DNA of 64,000 nucleotides from Lophium mytilinum (Eukaryota). Both the position numbers and the translations under genes were made by a program. The DNA is taken from the NCBI GenBank assembly GCA_010093605.1, contig MU004185.1, positions 455,334 to 519,333 on the forward strand, in the 5' to 3' direction. This document shows, piece by piece, positions 22,826 through 35,185 of the stretch (the stretch's first letter is position 1; every line of letters begins with the position of its first letter). Under the pieces are notes generated by a model. It saw only the letters and a program-made list of their open reading frames with translations. It did no database searches and was not told the origin of the DNA.

Positions 22826-24190
22826 GCGGTTTGCGCCGTGGTGGGTGCATCGGTTGGGGTGGGTAATGGTGGGTGAGCGGAGGTAATGGGTGGAAGTGGG
22901 GGAGAAGAAGAAGCGATTTTGACCTTTTAGGAGAGAAAAACATCCGCGCGGGATGACTGGCACGCACTGGAATGGCGGTGTTTGGATATGATACCAGGGT
23001 AGACATTGTTCTGCTTTTATTGCGTAGCGCAGAATTTGACGAGTTTTTGCTTCGTTGGGTTTGAGTCTGAGTTCGCGTGTCTTGATAGAGACTGGTGACT
23101 TAGCTTGAAGTGTATGTCGTTGTTACTGCAGACGGTTGAATTGGCACACAAAAACGTTACTGCTGCCTCTCGCTTAGCCCTGATCACGTGCTTATCACTC
23201 CATTTATAGCCTAGCGCCATATCTGAACTTCTACTTCGACTATAAAATCTCCCCTCCCCTCATTCTTCCTCCCAGCAGGAAGGAACTCTAGGACGATCAA
23301 AAGCTCTAGAGGTGGAAGACCATGGCTGCTCGTGCAGATCTGGTCCAAACATATAAAAGGTGTGGGGACCTCTGGCGATGTGTCTGGCATCTGGAGGAGG
23401 AAGGGGATGGCTGTGCTACGGAAGCTCAAAAACATCGAGAATGGATGTATCCCATGTCGAGTGTAAAAACAGTCAAGTATGGGCTATGATGGGGGGTTGG
23501 TTGTTGGGTGCAATAAAAAAACAACAGAATAGCCAATGGAGGGGGTTTGCTAGTAGATGGTGGTGCTCTGCACTAACACTATGTGGCGATGGTGGGTATG
23601 AGGGTCGGAACTGCTTAAGAGGTATCGCTGTAGAGACGCGGTGGCCGTCAGCATCACTGCTGCACGACAGGATGCCGAGTCTGTAGATTGCAGGCCGTAG
23701 CGTCTGATATTAGGTGGAAGGCTACTCTAATATACAGGAATGGACCTAAGTTTGCTACCGTGATTGCTTGCTGTGGTGATTGTCCTAATCCAACAGAGTC
23801 CACCAGATCCATGAGTCGCAACTGACTCCCGTTTTGATCCCACCACACCTCCACCCATGGCTGTTGTTGCTGCGTCTTTTGCGCCACCACATGAAGAGTT
23901 GTAGTAGGTCTTTTGATCCCCGCCACACTTCCCCCCATCCAGATCTTCGCTCTTCTGTTTGCTCCACCACATGGCTTTCTTGTGTCTTTCCTTTTGATCC
24001 TCCATTCCCTCCACCGACCACCAGCCCCACGAGCCATTGGTCGAGCCCATATATGCTTTTGCTCATGAAGGAGAGGGGTGTGATTGTGTTGAACTCCTCA
24101 GAACTTTCCTCCCTGTCGACTTCGCTTCCTGCGCAGAAGTCCTCCTTATATACCCCAAGCGAAACGACGCCGCGGGGGCTGATTCAGCGG

Positions 24191-24256
24191 TCATGTGTGC
24201 GTTGTTGGTGTCATGTGCGCGCTGTTGGAGTCATGTGCGCGCTGTTGGAGTCGTGT
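24191..24256. repeat. 20-bp tandem repeat (tcatgtgcgcgctgttggag-like), about 3 copies
   Basis: tcatgtgtgcgttgttggtg / tcatgtgcgcgctgttggag / tcatgtgcgcgctgttggag / tcgtgt. Confidence 0.85.
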
Positions 24257-25435
24257 GGCTCACGTATCAGCGTGATGGGTTGGGGTATAAAAATCTTTCG
24301 TCGACTCTCGATCTCAAGGAATCAAGGGTTTGCAGTCTTTTCTTCGAAACACCTGAGGAAGTTCATTGATGGTGAAGTTGCAACAATGCACTGGCGCCCT
24401 TCACGCGTGTTGTCAAAAAGGCAAAGAAATGGACATTATGAGCGGGGTGGAGTGGGAGAGGTTGAACTGCCTCAATAACGCGGTACAATGGAGCTGGAGG
24501 AGTGTTGAGCGGAGGGGAGGGGCGGATCAACAATCGTTCCATCAAAGTCCGATGGTCTGGTATTCTGGGAATGTGGAAGAAAGGTGGGCGAGATTGCGGC
24601 GTGATGATGATGTTCAGGACTAGGGAGATACGAAGACGCGTAGCATAGCTACGGGCTATATCAAAACGTAAGCAAGTGGTTTAGATGATAAGGAGACTGC
24701 GACTATAGTGGACGCCGGCTTTATGGAAGACTGCTGCACAGCATCACTATTTAGTCAAGTCGTCCGGCTCTCTCAAGGCCTCCGCCCTTGTCTCCTTTCG
24801 TGACCGAGTTTTGAAGTCCATCTCCGAAGAAACAATCCCCATTACTCATTTTCTGACCCTTTGTTGATCTCCCCAATCAATCCATCGTCCAGGCTGAACG
24901 GAGGTTTGAAACTCCCAAACCTCCATGGTACTTTTGCACGTCCACTTCTGCACCACACTCCCAACCCATGAGAAAGGAAACGAGCAGTGAAGAGCGACGG
25001 GGTTTTTATAGGTAGGATATGAGGGCTGAGGTTGTAACGTGGTGATCATGTGAAAGGTCACTTGTCACTATCCGTGCGCAAGATATTGTAACCCCTCCCA
25101 CACTTAGACGACTTCCGATTGATAAAGTAGATGAGATCGGATGCTCTGTGATCTCCGCAATTCGTTTCATAGTATGGAAGCTTGTGCTGTAACATGTTCC
25201 TATCCTAACTAGTCTGATGCTTTCTTTCTGAGAGTAGTCAGAACCCTCAAGTTTGGATGAAGCAGGTCTTGAACGACGAATACGGTACTTAGACCCAGGT
25301 TAAGACGAATATCCTCGGTTCTTATTTAGACCACGAGCTTGGTCTGATTCTAGCAACGCTATATGCAAGTCATCTACACCCTTTTGTGCTTACCATTAGA
25401 CGTCAAAGTCGTAATTACATTCATCCCCTGCCTAC

Positions 25436-26744
25436 CTACTTCCTCCTGCTCTCTACTGCCTCCCTCAGCACAGCGATGACCTGACTCGGATCGCTGGCGC
25501 CAAAGACAGCACTACCAGCCACGATTACGTTCGCACCAGCGTCGGCGGCTTGCGGGATCGTTTTCTCAGATAGCCCGCCGTCGACTTCGATGTGCAGCTC
25601 TGGATACTTGGCGCGTAGAGCAGAGACTTTGGGAAGCTCCGAGGCCATGAAGGATTGGCCACCGAAGCCCGGCTCAACAGTCATTATCAGAACCATCTAA
25701 AAGACATTAGTTGCTGTATTGGAAAAGCGATTGCCAAGTAGCGTGAGAGTGGACTGAGAGACAGAGCGACCCCGCGAAATAGAGCCAGTGGCAATAGAAC
25801 GGACACGCGACAGTGAGGAGACTTCGGGAGTCTTCTCCGACGATGAGTGAGTCTCGAACACCCCTAATCTTAAGCGCCGCCTCGTCGACGCGCCCACGCT
25901 GTCACGCGTGCCCCACCGAAGCCTCATCTTCGAACGAAACCCTCAACTTCAGCATTGACGCCGAGCTCCATTCATCTCGCCACTGCGCGTGAGTCACGGA
26001 AGATGCTCAATCTGTAACACTCACATCGGGTCGTTCTTTGTCCACTGGGTTCTCTATTATGTCCCACAGCACGTCGACGGATGTGCTGGGTTTTATGGCG
26101 ATACCTGCCTGTATTCCGAGGCTATGGATATACTTGATCAGTTCTTTGGGGGAGGTTTTCGAGTCGGAGGTTCCCGAGGGCGACTCGGCAGCTGTGGAGA
26201 AGGCGGCTTCGTAGTGGAAGCAGTAGAGGTCGCAGCCGGCGTCCTTGAAGTCTCGAACCCATCTCTTCGGCTAGTGCAAGTCAGCAGGCGTGTCATGTAT
26301 ATTGAGGCGGTGAGGGTAGCGAGAGTGTATCGGTAGAGCAGCGAGGGCGGGTCCCAGGCGCTCGCGACATTGCGATGAGGCGGTAATGCAGGTGACCCGA
26401 CAAGCTTCAATATGACGGCAGTGCAGAAGGGGATTGCCACGGCCTAGGCTTACCTCAGCTATCATCATGTGGCAGTCAAAGGTCCCCTTTCCGTAAGCGC
26501 TGGTAGGGCGGGCAACGTGCGGGCGGATCTTGGTTACTACGGGGGCGCCAAAGGTCATGTTCGGCACGAAGTGGCCGTCCATGATATCCACCTGAGGCTG
26601 TTAGCGGGCATGGCATGCAGGACACGCAGGAACGCCTACATGAAGCCAATCGGCGCCTTGGGCGATGGTGTCGGAGCATGCCTTGCCCAGGGCTCCAAAG
26701 TCGGCGGAGAGGATCGAGGGCGCGATGATGGCGGGGGGAGACAT
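25436..26744 (-). CDS. RPE1: Ribulose-phosphate 3-epimerase, 4 exons
   Basis: Motifs [53 protein letters not shown] and [12 protein letters not shown]; introns 26592-26639, 26271-26453 and 25697-26024. Confidence 0.96.
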
Positions 26745-28048
26745 GGTGGGGGTGAGGCTGTGACGGGCGGGTGATACGGGGTGCAATTGGTGCAGGGCGG
26801 GTCACAAAAGGGGTCGCAAGGCGGCGGCTGGGCGAGGGTGAGGAAATTGAATTGGGCGAGTTCACGATGCAGGCTTGGTGTTTTCAAGATGACCTCACCC
26901 TCGTCGGCGGGCTGTCACGCTCGTTCCGAACCTGGAGCTGTTGCAGATCGGCATCCCGACTTGGCAAGGCTGAGGAGCAGCCGACCTCGACTCGGGAGCT
27001 ACCTCCTCCTCGGGCCTAGGAGCCAACACCACATGCGTCCAACTCGCACCCTTCACCACTGCATACAGTGCATCTGCAGCACCCTCGATCTGGCATATCG
27101 AGCCTTCCGACGCTGCCGTTCCACGTTTGGCACCCGCTGGCCACTCGCTGCCACTGCCGGCTTCGTTTCGCCGGCTTGTCTCATAATGGGCATCGTCGAG
27201 GCGGGTCGAAACACTCGACAGCGGGCTATGGACAGTCCATATATTGAATGCGAAACTGCGGCGGAGGCTGTGAAGAGGGTCGAAACGGGCACGCGCGCCC
27301 TTGTTTCTTGCTGGAGGCTCGATACTTTAATGCCAGCTGCAGCATGGCGTTGGCGCGGCCTCATTGGACGGGCGTGCATCCTCTAACCGCTGGCTCGCTG
27401 TTTATAGACATGGCCAAGGCTTCTCACCAGCGCTTCCACTCTCCTTCGCCTGCTTTTCCATGCCAATCGCCGGGCGAACCGCCTCGATGGATGCGCCCCA
27501 TGGCCAAAGCAGCCAGCGCGTCGCCCATGAGGAGCCCTCTCGTCGCCCTCATTGGCAGCCCGTCCAATTGCGCTGCTGAACCGGCGGTCACAATGTCGTG
27601 GCCCATCCCAAAGCGCCCGCCGTCCGGTCCAGCCGCCTGTGCTGCTTGACCTCCGCTTTTCCACGGCGTAGAACCGCTCGCATCTCGCCACGGGTGCGCC
27701 ACCAGCAATGGCAGGCTCTCAGTGCAAGCTGCGATATAAACCCGCCTGTCCCGTGCCGCGCCCGTTGCCTGTTATTCTTACTGAGCTATTCTCTTCGCTG
27801 TCCCGTTCCATCCGCGTGCCTCTCCCTCTCCCTCCGCCTTCTCAAAGCCTTCGTTGATCGAAGCATCCTCTCCCGACCTATTCATCATTAAGACCGTTGA
27901 CCGGCGCCTGGGTTATTGCCCGTTAATAACTGTTGCATTCTCAAGCCCCTGTTTATAGCACCCCAACACCAACTCCGCCCATCCCAGCACTCCGGTTTTC
28001 GACGTATCCGAACTTTTAATAGACGAGGCGAAGCTCACCTCCGACAAT

Positions 28049-30685
28049 ATGAATGTAGACATACTCTCTTCTGCAACATACCAACCCGGCCTTACAGCTT
28101 CCGACTTCCCCCGTTCTCCGCTGGCTCGGAGCAACGATCTTAATACAATAGTCGAGGACGACTCCGCCGTGCCCCGTTACTATTTCGCGCCAAGATATTC
28201 CACCGACTCTATGGCAGACTCAGCCTTCTCACCACAAGCTGCCATGCTCTCGCCCGTCTACTCAGAAGACTTTCCCACCCCGAGAGCCAATCAATCCTAC
28301 AGCAGCAACATGCAAAGCCCTGCCGAATCCGAGTTTGACGACCTATACGACATTTCGGATGACGAGTCTGAACTCGAAGTGCCCTTGATCTGTTCGAATT
28401 CGGTAAAGAAGACAACAGTACGGACGAATCGAAGCCGATATCCCTCTCTCGTCATCCCGTCACCGTCGGCCTGGCCTACCATTGAGAAGCTCAAGAGTGC
28501 CATGTCTCCGGTTGCACCGACACCTACTCAACTCCTGTCGCCCTCTGCCAATATTCTTAACATGCTTGCTGCCCGCAGCCTTCAGGTACCAGCATCCAGT
28601 GCCACACCATCCTTGGACGGCAGCATGACCTCAGAAGAGATGGAGCATCTCAGTTGCCCATCGACCCCAGATATGGCAATGGCTGGTCGAATCGACGTCT
28701 CAGACGAAGATGTCAACGCCTGGCTACCTCCAGTCCAGCTACATCCCCAAGCTTTCGAGACTCTCCAGCATCTACGCCATCTGACTCGGGACGAACACGA
28801 AGAACACCACGAGGTGACCCAATTGATTGAGATCCCTGAGGGCGAAATGACGGAGGTCATGCGTCCACAGCTGTCTCTTTCCGTCGACGGCCTCAACTCG
28901 CCAGAGCAACACGCTGACTGGGGAAGCGAGCCCGTGTCAGCTCTGTCAATTCCCTCACCTGGTGGATTCTTCTCCTCCCTTGAAGCCACCACCCGACACA
29001 CCTGGACTATCCCCAACCCAGAAAGTCTCATGCCCACAACTACCATTGCGGAAAGATTCTACAACGTTCCCTGGGACGCAACACGTGATAGCATCATCGA
29101 ACAATCAGTCACGCTTGTTGGATCAACTGTTGCTGGCACTGACGGGCCTCCTACTGCTAAGCCTGCAGCTCTGCATGGCGAAGAGGAGGTCGAGGTCGAG
29201 GTCAAGGAAATAAACCCCAGTAAAACCGTGTTCCAATACAATGAAAAGTACCACGATGAACTGGAGAAGATGGCAGGTGCCAATAAAGACCGCACTTCAG
29301 ACTGGCTAACCGAGCAAGACGAACTCCTATCGATGCTGCGAGATATGAACCTGCCAGCCAAGACTATCACCCCCGCTCACAGCCGTGGAAACTCATTAGA
29401 CAAGTCGCCCAAGAAATCAGTGAGATTCCAGGAGGAGGAAGTGGAAGAGTCAATCGAGGAGGACGACGATAAGCCAAAGAAGACCGTCACCTACGTTCAG
29501 GGTTTTGAGCACCTTCGAAACCGCGGACAGAAGGGTGACGCATTCATCCATCGTCAGACTCGCGCCGAGGCCATGCACATTCAAAGAAGATGCATGCCTC
29601 AAGTCCACCGCGACCAACTCCTTGGCAAATTTGAACTCACCAACCCAGTGCGGCCATCTCCGCCACGACCTGTCTCGTCTTTCTACACCGAAGACCCGAC
29701 AGTGTTGAAAGAGCGCATCGCACGTGCTCAGATGGAACGACAAGCGCTTGACCAAATGTCGCCCGTGACATGGGTCCTGCAAGCACAGAAAACACTCAAC
29801 GGTGGTAAGCTACTCAGCGCACCAGCGTGGAAATCGCTCTCTCACATCCGATCACCTCGCATCCTCGACGTCGGCGGCCAACCAACCTGCGACTGGGCCT
29901 GGCAACTCGCCTTCGACCACCCCCGCTCAACCGTCACCACCGTCTTCCCCCCGGGCCACAACCTAACCGCCTCAACGGTCCAAGGCCCTACCAACCACAA
30001 GCAAATGCCCGTCCCCAACCTCTGGACCCTCCCCTTCCCCACCGGCGCCTTCGACGTCGTGTCCGCCCGCAGCCTATACGCGCTGCTCAAGACCGACAAG
30101 CCCCTCGGCCGCGCGCTCGACGAGTACGACCTCTGCCTCGCCGAGTGCTTCCGCGTCCTCAAGCCCGGCGGCTACCTCGACTTCTCCCTGCTCGACTCGG
30201 ACATCATCCGCCCCGGGCGCCAGGCGCAAGCCATGGGCGTCGAGTTCGGCTTCAACCTCAAAACCCGCGGCTACGACCCCCAGCCCACCAAGACGTTCCT
30301 GCCGCGGCTCCGCAAGGCGGGTTTCGCGGACGTGCAGCGCGCGTGGATGATCCTGCCGATGGGCAAGCCGGCCGCGAACTGGCGCGATACGCTGCCCGTG
30401 GGTGTGGATGCAAAGGCGCCGGAGAAGAGTATTGGCCCGGACGGCGAGGTGGAGGTTGCGGTGGCGGAGGTGTTGGGCTCGACGGCGAATGCGGCGAATT
30501 TGACGGGGACGGTGGGTGCGTGGGCGTGGGAGAAGTGGATGCTGAAGCTGCAGGTGGAGATGGGGAAGGAGGAGGAGAAGCTGCTTGAGGGCGTTGTGCA
30601 GGTGCTTGAGGAGGGCGCGAAGGATGGGGCCGGGTGGAGGAGTTTGACGGGGTGGGCGAGGAAGCCGGCGGTGGCGCGGAAGTGA
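28049..30685 (+). CDS. Fungal protein with long disordered N-terminus and C-terminal class I SAM methyltransferase (Methyltransf_11-like) domain
   Basis: 878-aa ORF with RILDVGG, LPFPTGAFDVVSAR and CLAECFRVLKPGGYL. Confidence 0.85.
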   Translation: MNVDILSSATYQPGLTASDFPRSPLARSNDLNTIVEDDSAVPRYYFAPRYSTDSMADSAFSPQAAMLSPVYSEDFPTPRANQSYSSNMQSPAESEFDDLYDISDDESELEVPLICSNSVKKTTVRTNRSRYPSLVIPSPSAWPTIEKLKSAMSPVAPTPTQLLSPSANILNMLAARSLQVPASSATPSLDGSMTSEEMEHLSCPSTPDMAMAGRIDVSDEDVNAWLPPVQLHPQAFETLQHLRHLTRDEHEEHHEVTQLIEIPEGEMTEVMRPQLSLSVDGLNSPEQHADWGSEPVSALSIPSPGGFFSSLEATTRHTWTIPNPESLMPTTTIAERFYNVPWDATRDSIIEQSVTLVGSTVAGTDGPPTAKPAALHGEEEVEVEVKEINPSKTVFQYNEKYHDELEKMAGANKDRTSDWLTEQDELLSMLRDMNLPAKTITPAHSRGNSLDKSPKKSVRFQEEEVEESIEEDDDKPKKTVTYVQGFEHLRNRGQKGDAFIHRQTRAEAMHIQRRCMPQVHRDQLLGKFELTNPVRPSPPRPVSSFYTEDPTVLKERIARAQMERQALDQMSPVTWVLQAQKTLNGGKLLSAPAWKSLSHIRSPRILDVGGQPTCDWAWQLAFDHPRSTVTTVFPPGHNLTASTVQGPTNHKQMPVPNLWTLPFPTGAFDVVSARSLYALLKTDKPLGRALDEYDLCLAECFRVLKPGGYLDFSLLDSDIIRPGRQAQAMGVEFGFNLKTRGYDPQPTKTFLPRLRKAGFADVQRAWMILPMGKPAANWRDTLPVGVDAKAPEKSIGPDGEVEVAVAEVLGSTANAANLTGTVGAWAWEKWMLKLQVEMGKEEEKLLEGVVQVLEEGAKDGAGWRSLTGWARKPAVARK

Positions 30686-32561
30686 GGGATGGATGGATGC
30701 TGAAGGGGGCGGTTATGCGTGATGTGTGATGCGTAATGCCTGGGTGGGTGGAGGCTGGGGGATCTGAGGCGTGATATTTTTTGGGAGGTGTTTAGTGTGG
30801 TGTTGATGAATTGGATAACTTTGGAGAATCTGCGTTTAGTTAGATTGATACCACCGCCGAGCTTGCTCTCTCGTCTCTTTTGTAGTCGATGTTTTGGAAA
30901 TTGAAGGCTCCATCCTACTTTTTTGCTCTTCTGCTGTGACGTCTATGTGCTAGAGCTGGTTTGTCTGCAAGGCTGAGCGGCCGTTTTGCCTCCTTTAGGT
31001 GCAAAGAGTTACAGATCTGGCCATGTGAGACTGGTCAGGGCTGATTTCAGCAGACGTGGAGGGGGTCCCAGAATGACACATGTCGTAGAAGGCTTTCAAG
31101 CAAGATCATATCAAATCAACCACGTCAGAGTTCGGGTTCCCGGCATTTTCACCGACTCGCAGCGCTTAATCCCGCCCTCTTTTCGCATACGTTATCGGCC
31201 ACACGCCAAATCAGACCGCCGGAAAAAGGTTGATTTCGATGTTGTGAGATGTATGAAGTGGAGCCAGTCCGTGCGATTCGGAGAAGATATATGCTAAGCT
31301 AAGTCGTAGTCCGGACCCACTATGCTATTTCTATAATCATGTAAATAATTTAGAGTTCAAGATGATAGACTCACTAGGGATCGCTTTAGTACATCATCTA
31401 TCTCTTCGCTATACGATCTAGCAGTTCCTAATTAGACACCTCTACATAAGGAGCCTCCATCCGCCTATCCTAGAGTAAGTAGTTCAATTTGCATCCAGTA
31501 AGCTACATATCTTACTCTTGGTCCGCCACGAAAGCCTACCTCCTACATAGCCTTTCGGGGGCGGATTCGGATTCGGATTCTGGAATGATGGACCGGTGTA
31601 GGGCGAGATTCATTCCCTAGTGTTTCGAACGTCGCGTGCTTTGTCAAAGCTAACCACAGTCTTGGAACTTAAACTCATACCACTTCTATGAAGAAGAGCT
31701 TCAGGTATTATTATTTTTAAAGCTTCCATCTCCTCATGTCTAGATGTGGCATGCCTTTTCCAGCGCTGAAATATCACGGACGGGGGCCCTACCAACTTGT
31801 GATGCTCGCCCACTTTGCCCCATCAGCGAGGCTTCTTCTTGAATTCAGCCCTGTAGCACAGTCAATCCCACCATAATGGGGCCACGAAGCCTGTTGCTAA
31901 GCTCTACAGCCCCCATCCTGACAGGTCAGCAGATCAGTGTTTCGGGACATCAGTGCCTCAACCAGGGATGGATCCGTTAATTGACTTTACGCCGAGAATA
32001 TTTGATCTCATCCAGTATGTCAGTGGTCGTGGTTCTTCTAACTTATATTTTTAGTATCGTTGCAAGGGAGGAAGCGGAACGCGGTGGAAGGTTTCTTACT
32101 TTGAAGGCTAGTGAGGATAGTTCGATCGATTTAATTTTATCGAAGCACCTATTATTACGTGTTGACTCCTAAAGAGCCAATTTTTTCAGCAACTACGCGC
32201 GAAATATAGCCCCTGAGCTTGCTGGACAAATATCATCGCTGATTGGGATGTAGTTTGTGTAGTTCTATCCTTTTCACGAAGACCTAATTTCGATCATAAA
32301 ATCCATCTCTCTTCACGACCGCCCCAAACGCAGGCCCTGGCAAAAGAACCAACTAACTACAAACACTAACATACATAAGCATCTTGATACATTTTAGAAA
32401 TAACAATTTTGCATAGTCAAGATTTACTTAGTTTGATAGACTTCACGTGACACTTCCGCCGTCATGGTCCAAGCGCCCAATTCGACCTCACCCATGTCCT
32501 TATTCTCTCCACCACAACACCAAAAACCCACCACTCCTTGACGCAAACGTCGACGCTCAAG

Positions 32562-33164
32562 ATGCTTTTCTTTAGGTTCGTACGGACAGATCTACCCCCC
32601 TCGTGCCAAGGCTTTATGCGTCCCCACCCCGCCATTCTACAAAACTCCCAATCTGCCCCACCACGAAGCATTGCTGTACAATGCGTCCTCTTACGCGACT
32701 ATCGACCGCTCTTAATTTCTGAATGTAATTCTGACGCGCATACAGCTTCTTCAAAACCCTCATCGACCATGAAGTCACCGTAGAGCTCAAGAACGAAATC
32801 AGCATCCGCGGCACGCTCAAGAGCGTCGACCAGTTCCTGAACATCAAGCTGGACAATATTCAAGTAGTGGAGGAGATACGATGGCCACATCTGGTAGGTG
32901 GACGGGCGTCGCGAATTTTCACATATCCTGCTTCCTTCGAAAGCGCTGCGATTGGGGGGTTTTGGAATTTTCTGGACGGAGCTGGTGAGACGAGGCTATG
33001 CGGGATTATTGCTAAACACAGGACAGTCTTCAACCAAGAACCTCTTCATCCGCGGCAGCGTCGTTCGCTACGTACACCTCCCGAGCTCGATTGTTGATAC
33101 CGCGTTGTTGGAGGATGCGTCTCGAAGGGAGGCGACTGCAGCGAAGGAAAAGAAGACGGGATGA
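32562..33164 (+). CDS. LSM2: U6 snRNA-associated Sm-like protein LSm2, 3 exons
   Basis: Spliced product MLFFSFFKTLIDHEVTVELKNEISIRGTLKSVDQFLNIKLDNI..WPHL|SSTKNLFIRGSVVRYVHLP; introns 32576-32745 and 32894-33026. Confidence 0.95.
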
Positions 33165-33809
33165 GGGGGTGGATGGGCTGGAATACCTTCAGATTCTCGG
33201 TTGGATGGGCTTATGAGCGAAGTTCGGGCGTGATGTTCAGCGATCAGGGAGGATGCATGATTCAGGTCGACATATACCCAGGAAGAGGCAAGGGTCACGA
33301 CGCATGACGAAAATGAATCTTTCCTCAAGCCAGAAGGCAGAGGAGAAGATAGCCCAATGATGATGCTAAAACAATAAAGTTCTGGTTTCCTTTCAAACAG
33401 CTACACCGGGAGATAAGTCTGTGCCCTCGGATGTTACTGTGTGAAGTCCTTCAGTATGTTATCAGGAATCCAGACCAGATGTGAGTGGATCATTCTGAGC
33501 AACCTGTAATTTTTCCAGGCCACCTTATGCGACATTAATTACTGGTAATCAGGCAATGAATCGTGTGGAATCTGCCATACATTGACAGTGAATCCCAAAT
33601 CTGGGAACTCTCATTCGCTACCATCAAAGCACAACCATGGAACCTCTTGTCCAAAAAGCTTAACTAGAATCACGTTTCCGAGAATCCATCCAAGGGAAGC
33701 CCCGGATCCCGAAATTTTGTGTGCAACGCAGACACACTTCCATTCCCTCTCCTCATCTCATCTCCCCTCCACCAACCTCGTTCCCCGATCCTCAAACCCA
33801 ACCGCCCCC

Positions 33810-34373
33810 ATGGACAGAGAGCTTCCCCAAACACGCGATCCCCCCCTCGGGAACACCACCGTCGTACACCAGCAGCCAAACTCAACCCTCTTAATGCAGC
33901 ACGCGCCGCCCCCGCCTCTCACCTGCCAGTGCGCGTACTGCTCTCTCAACCGCAAGCGCGAATCCCGCCCCGGTCCCTATCTGGCTCCCTACATGAACTA
34001 CCTTCTAGGTCTCGATCCCCTCGACCCGAAGCAGAAGCATCTCCGAAAGCTAGGGACGTATGGGTATATTCTATATCACAAGCTACCAGTGTTGCGGTGG
34101 TATGTGGCACGATGGGTGAGAGAGAAGCGGTGGGGGCGACAGGGCGAGAAAAAGGAGGGTGGTACTGTTGTGGAGAGCACGGCAGCGAGCGATAGTGCTG
34201 GATCGGCGAGGGTGAGCTTTGAGGAACCGCCGATGCCGTGTTATCAGAAGTATGGAGGTCATCCTATCCGAAAAGGGGAGTTGGCGGGAAAGAACAGGGG
34301 GGTTGGACTGGAAGAGGATGCGGCTGGGACCTGGGGGTGGAATGCGTGGAAGGCGTGGTGGGGAGAGAGTTGA
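33810..34373 (+). CDS. Hypothetical protein
   Basis: ORF from ATG 33810 with the C-rich-start / G-rich-end pattern seen in other genes here; no recognised domain. Confidence 0.35.
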   Translation: MDRELPQTRDPPLGNTTVVHQQPNSTLLMQHAPPPPLTCQCAYCSLNRKRESRPGPYLAPYMNYLLGLDPLDPKQKHLRKLGTYGYILYHKLPVLRWYVARWVREKRWGRQGEKKEGGTVVESTAASDSAGSARVSFEEPPMPCYQKYGGHPIRKGELAGKNRGVGLEEDAAGTWGWNAWKAWWGES

Positions 34374-34928
34374 GCGGTAGGCTAGGTTCAAGAGGTTACG
34401 GGGAGAGTAGGATGTCAATGGGCATAGTGTAGTGCACAAGCTTCAGGGTACACGATTGTGATTACGAGTACAATCAGCAGCAGCACTTGACCTTCAAAGG
34501 TCTCGATATCCAGGGCTTGGTGTTGTGACGGTCAGAGCTGACGTTGGAAGCATGGGAGGCGTAGCTGAGATGCGGGTTAGATGGTGTTCGAGAGGCCGAA
34601 GCCCTCGTATGAGCACTACGAGACACCCAAAAATGCCTTTGAAGAGACTTCGGAGAATTGTATTGAGAGGATAGATAGAGAGTACGCGGATCTTCTGTAC
34701 GCGAGGGCTCGGAACTTCTAGCTAATGAAAAATCTATATTTAAAATGGTTGTAGTTTGAGACTTTTGCATACTTTTCCACGATGAGAAAGTAGTAAGCAT
34801 CGTCCGCTTTTCTAGTATTAGACCATAAGTCTGAGCACACGGACTGATTCCCGTTCAGCTCCAAATTTCTCACTTGACAACACTGAGAAGAGTAACTCAG
34901 CCAGCTGACAGGCGGCGAGTTGCATAGC

Positions 34929-35040
34929 AGTCTGATTTGCACTGCTTGGAACTTGACATCGCAGCTAGCGGTTTATAACCATGTAGGGGCACCCCAAGCA
35001 GTGGCGAAGTAGTGTGCCCAGACTCCTGGCCTGTCACTGT
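34929..35040 (+). repeat. Dispersed ~110-bp repeat, copy B (copy A at 4061-4171)
   Basis: Shares acttgacatcgc, ccccaagcagtgg, gtgtgcccagact and tggcctgtcac with 4061-4171. Confidence 0.8.
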
Positions 35041-35185
35041 CTCTCTTTCGTGGTACGCCATGGCTGTCCTATGGTTAAGGTAGTCAGAGCGGCAGTGGTC
35101 ATCCACGGTTCCAGTCAAATGTGAAGCCACTATAAATCTACCCCTCTGCAGCTCCCTCAAATTCCAAAATCCCAGAAAAGCCACG

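Noticed and set aside
25836..25862. Hammerhead-like gatgag...cgaa in the RPE1 intron
   Set aside because: CUGANGA and GAAA core nucleotides are not matched; no TPP riboswitch or clear snoRNA boxes either.
31300..32250. Mildly TA-rich tract suggesting an old TE relic
   Set aside because: No transposase motif or termini recognisable.
32576..32745. Intronic C/D snoRNA in LSM2
   Set aside because: CTGA is present near the branch point but there is no RTGATGA C box.
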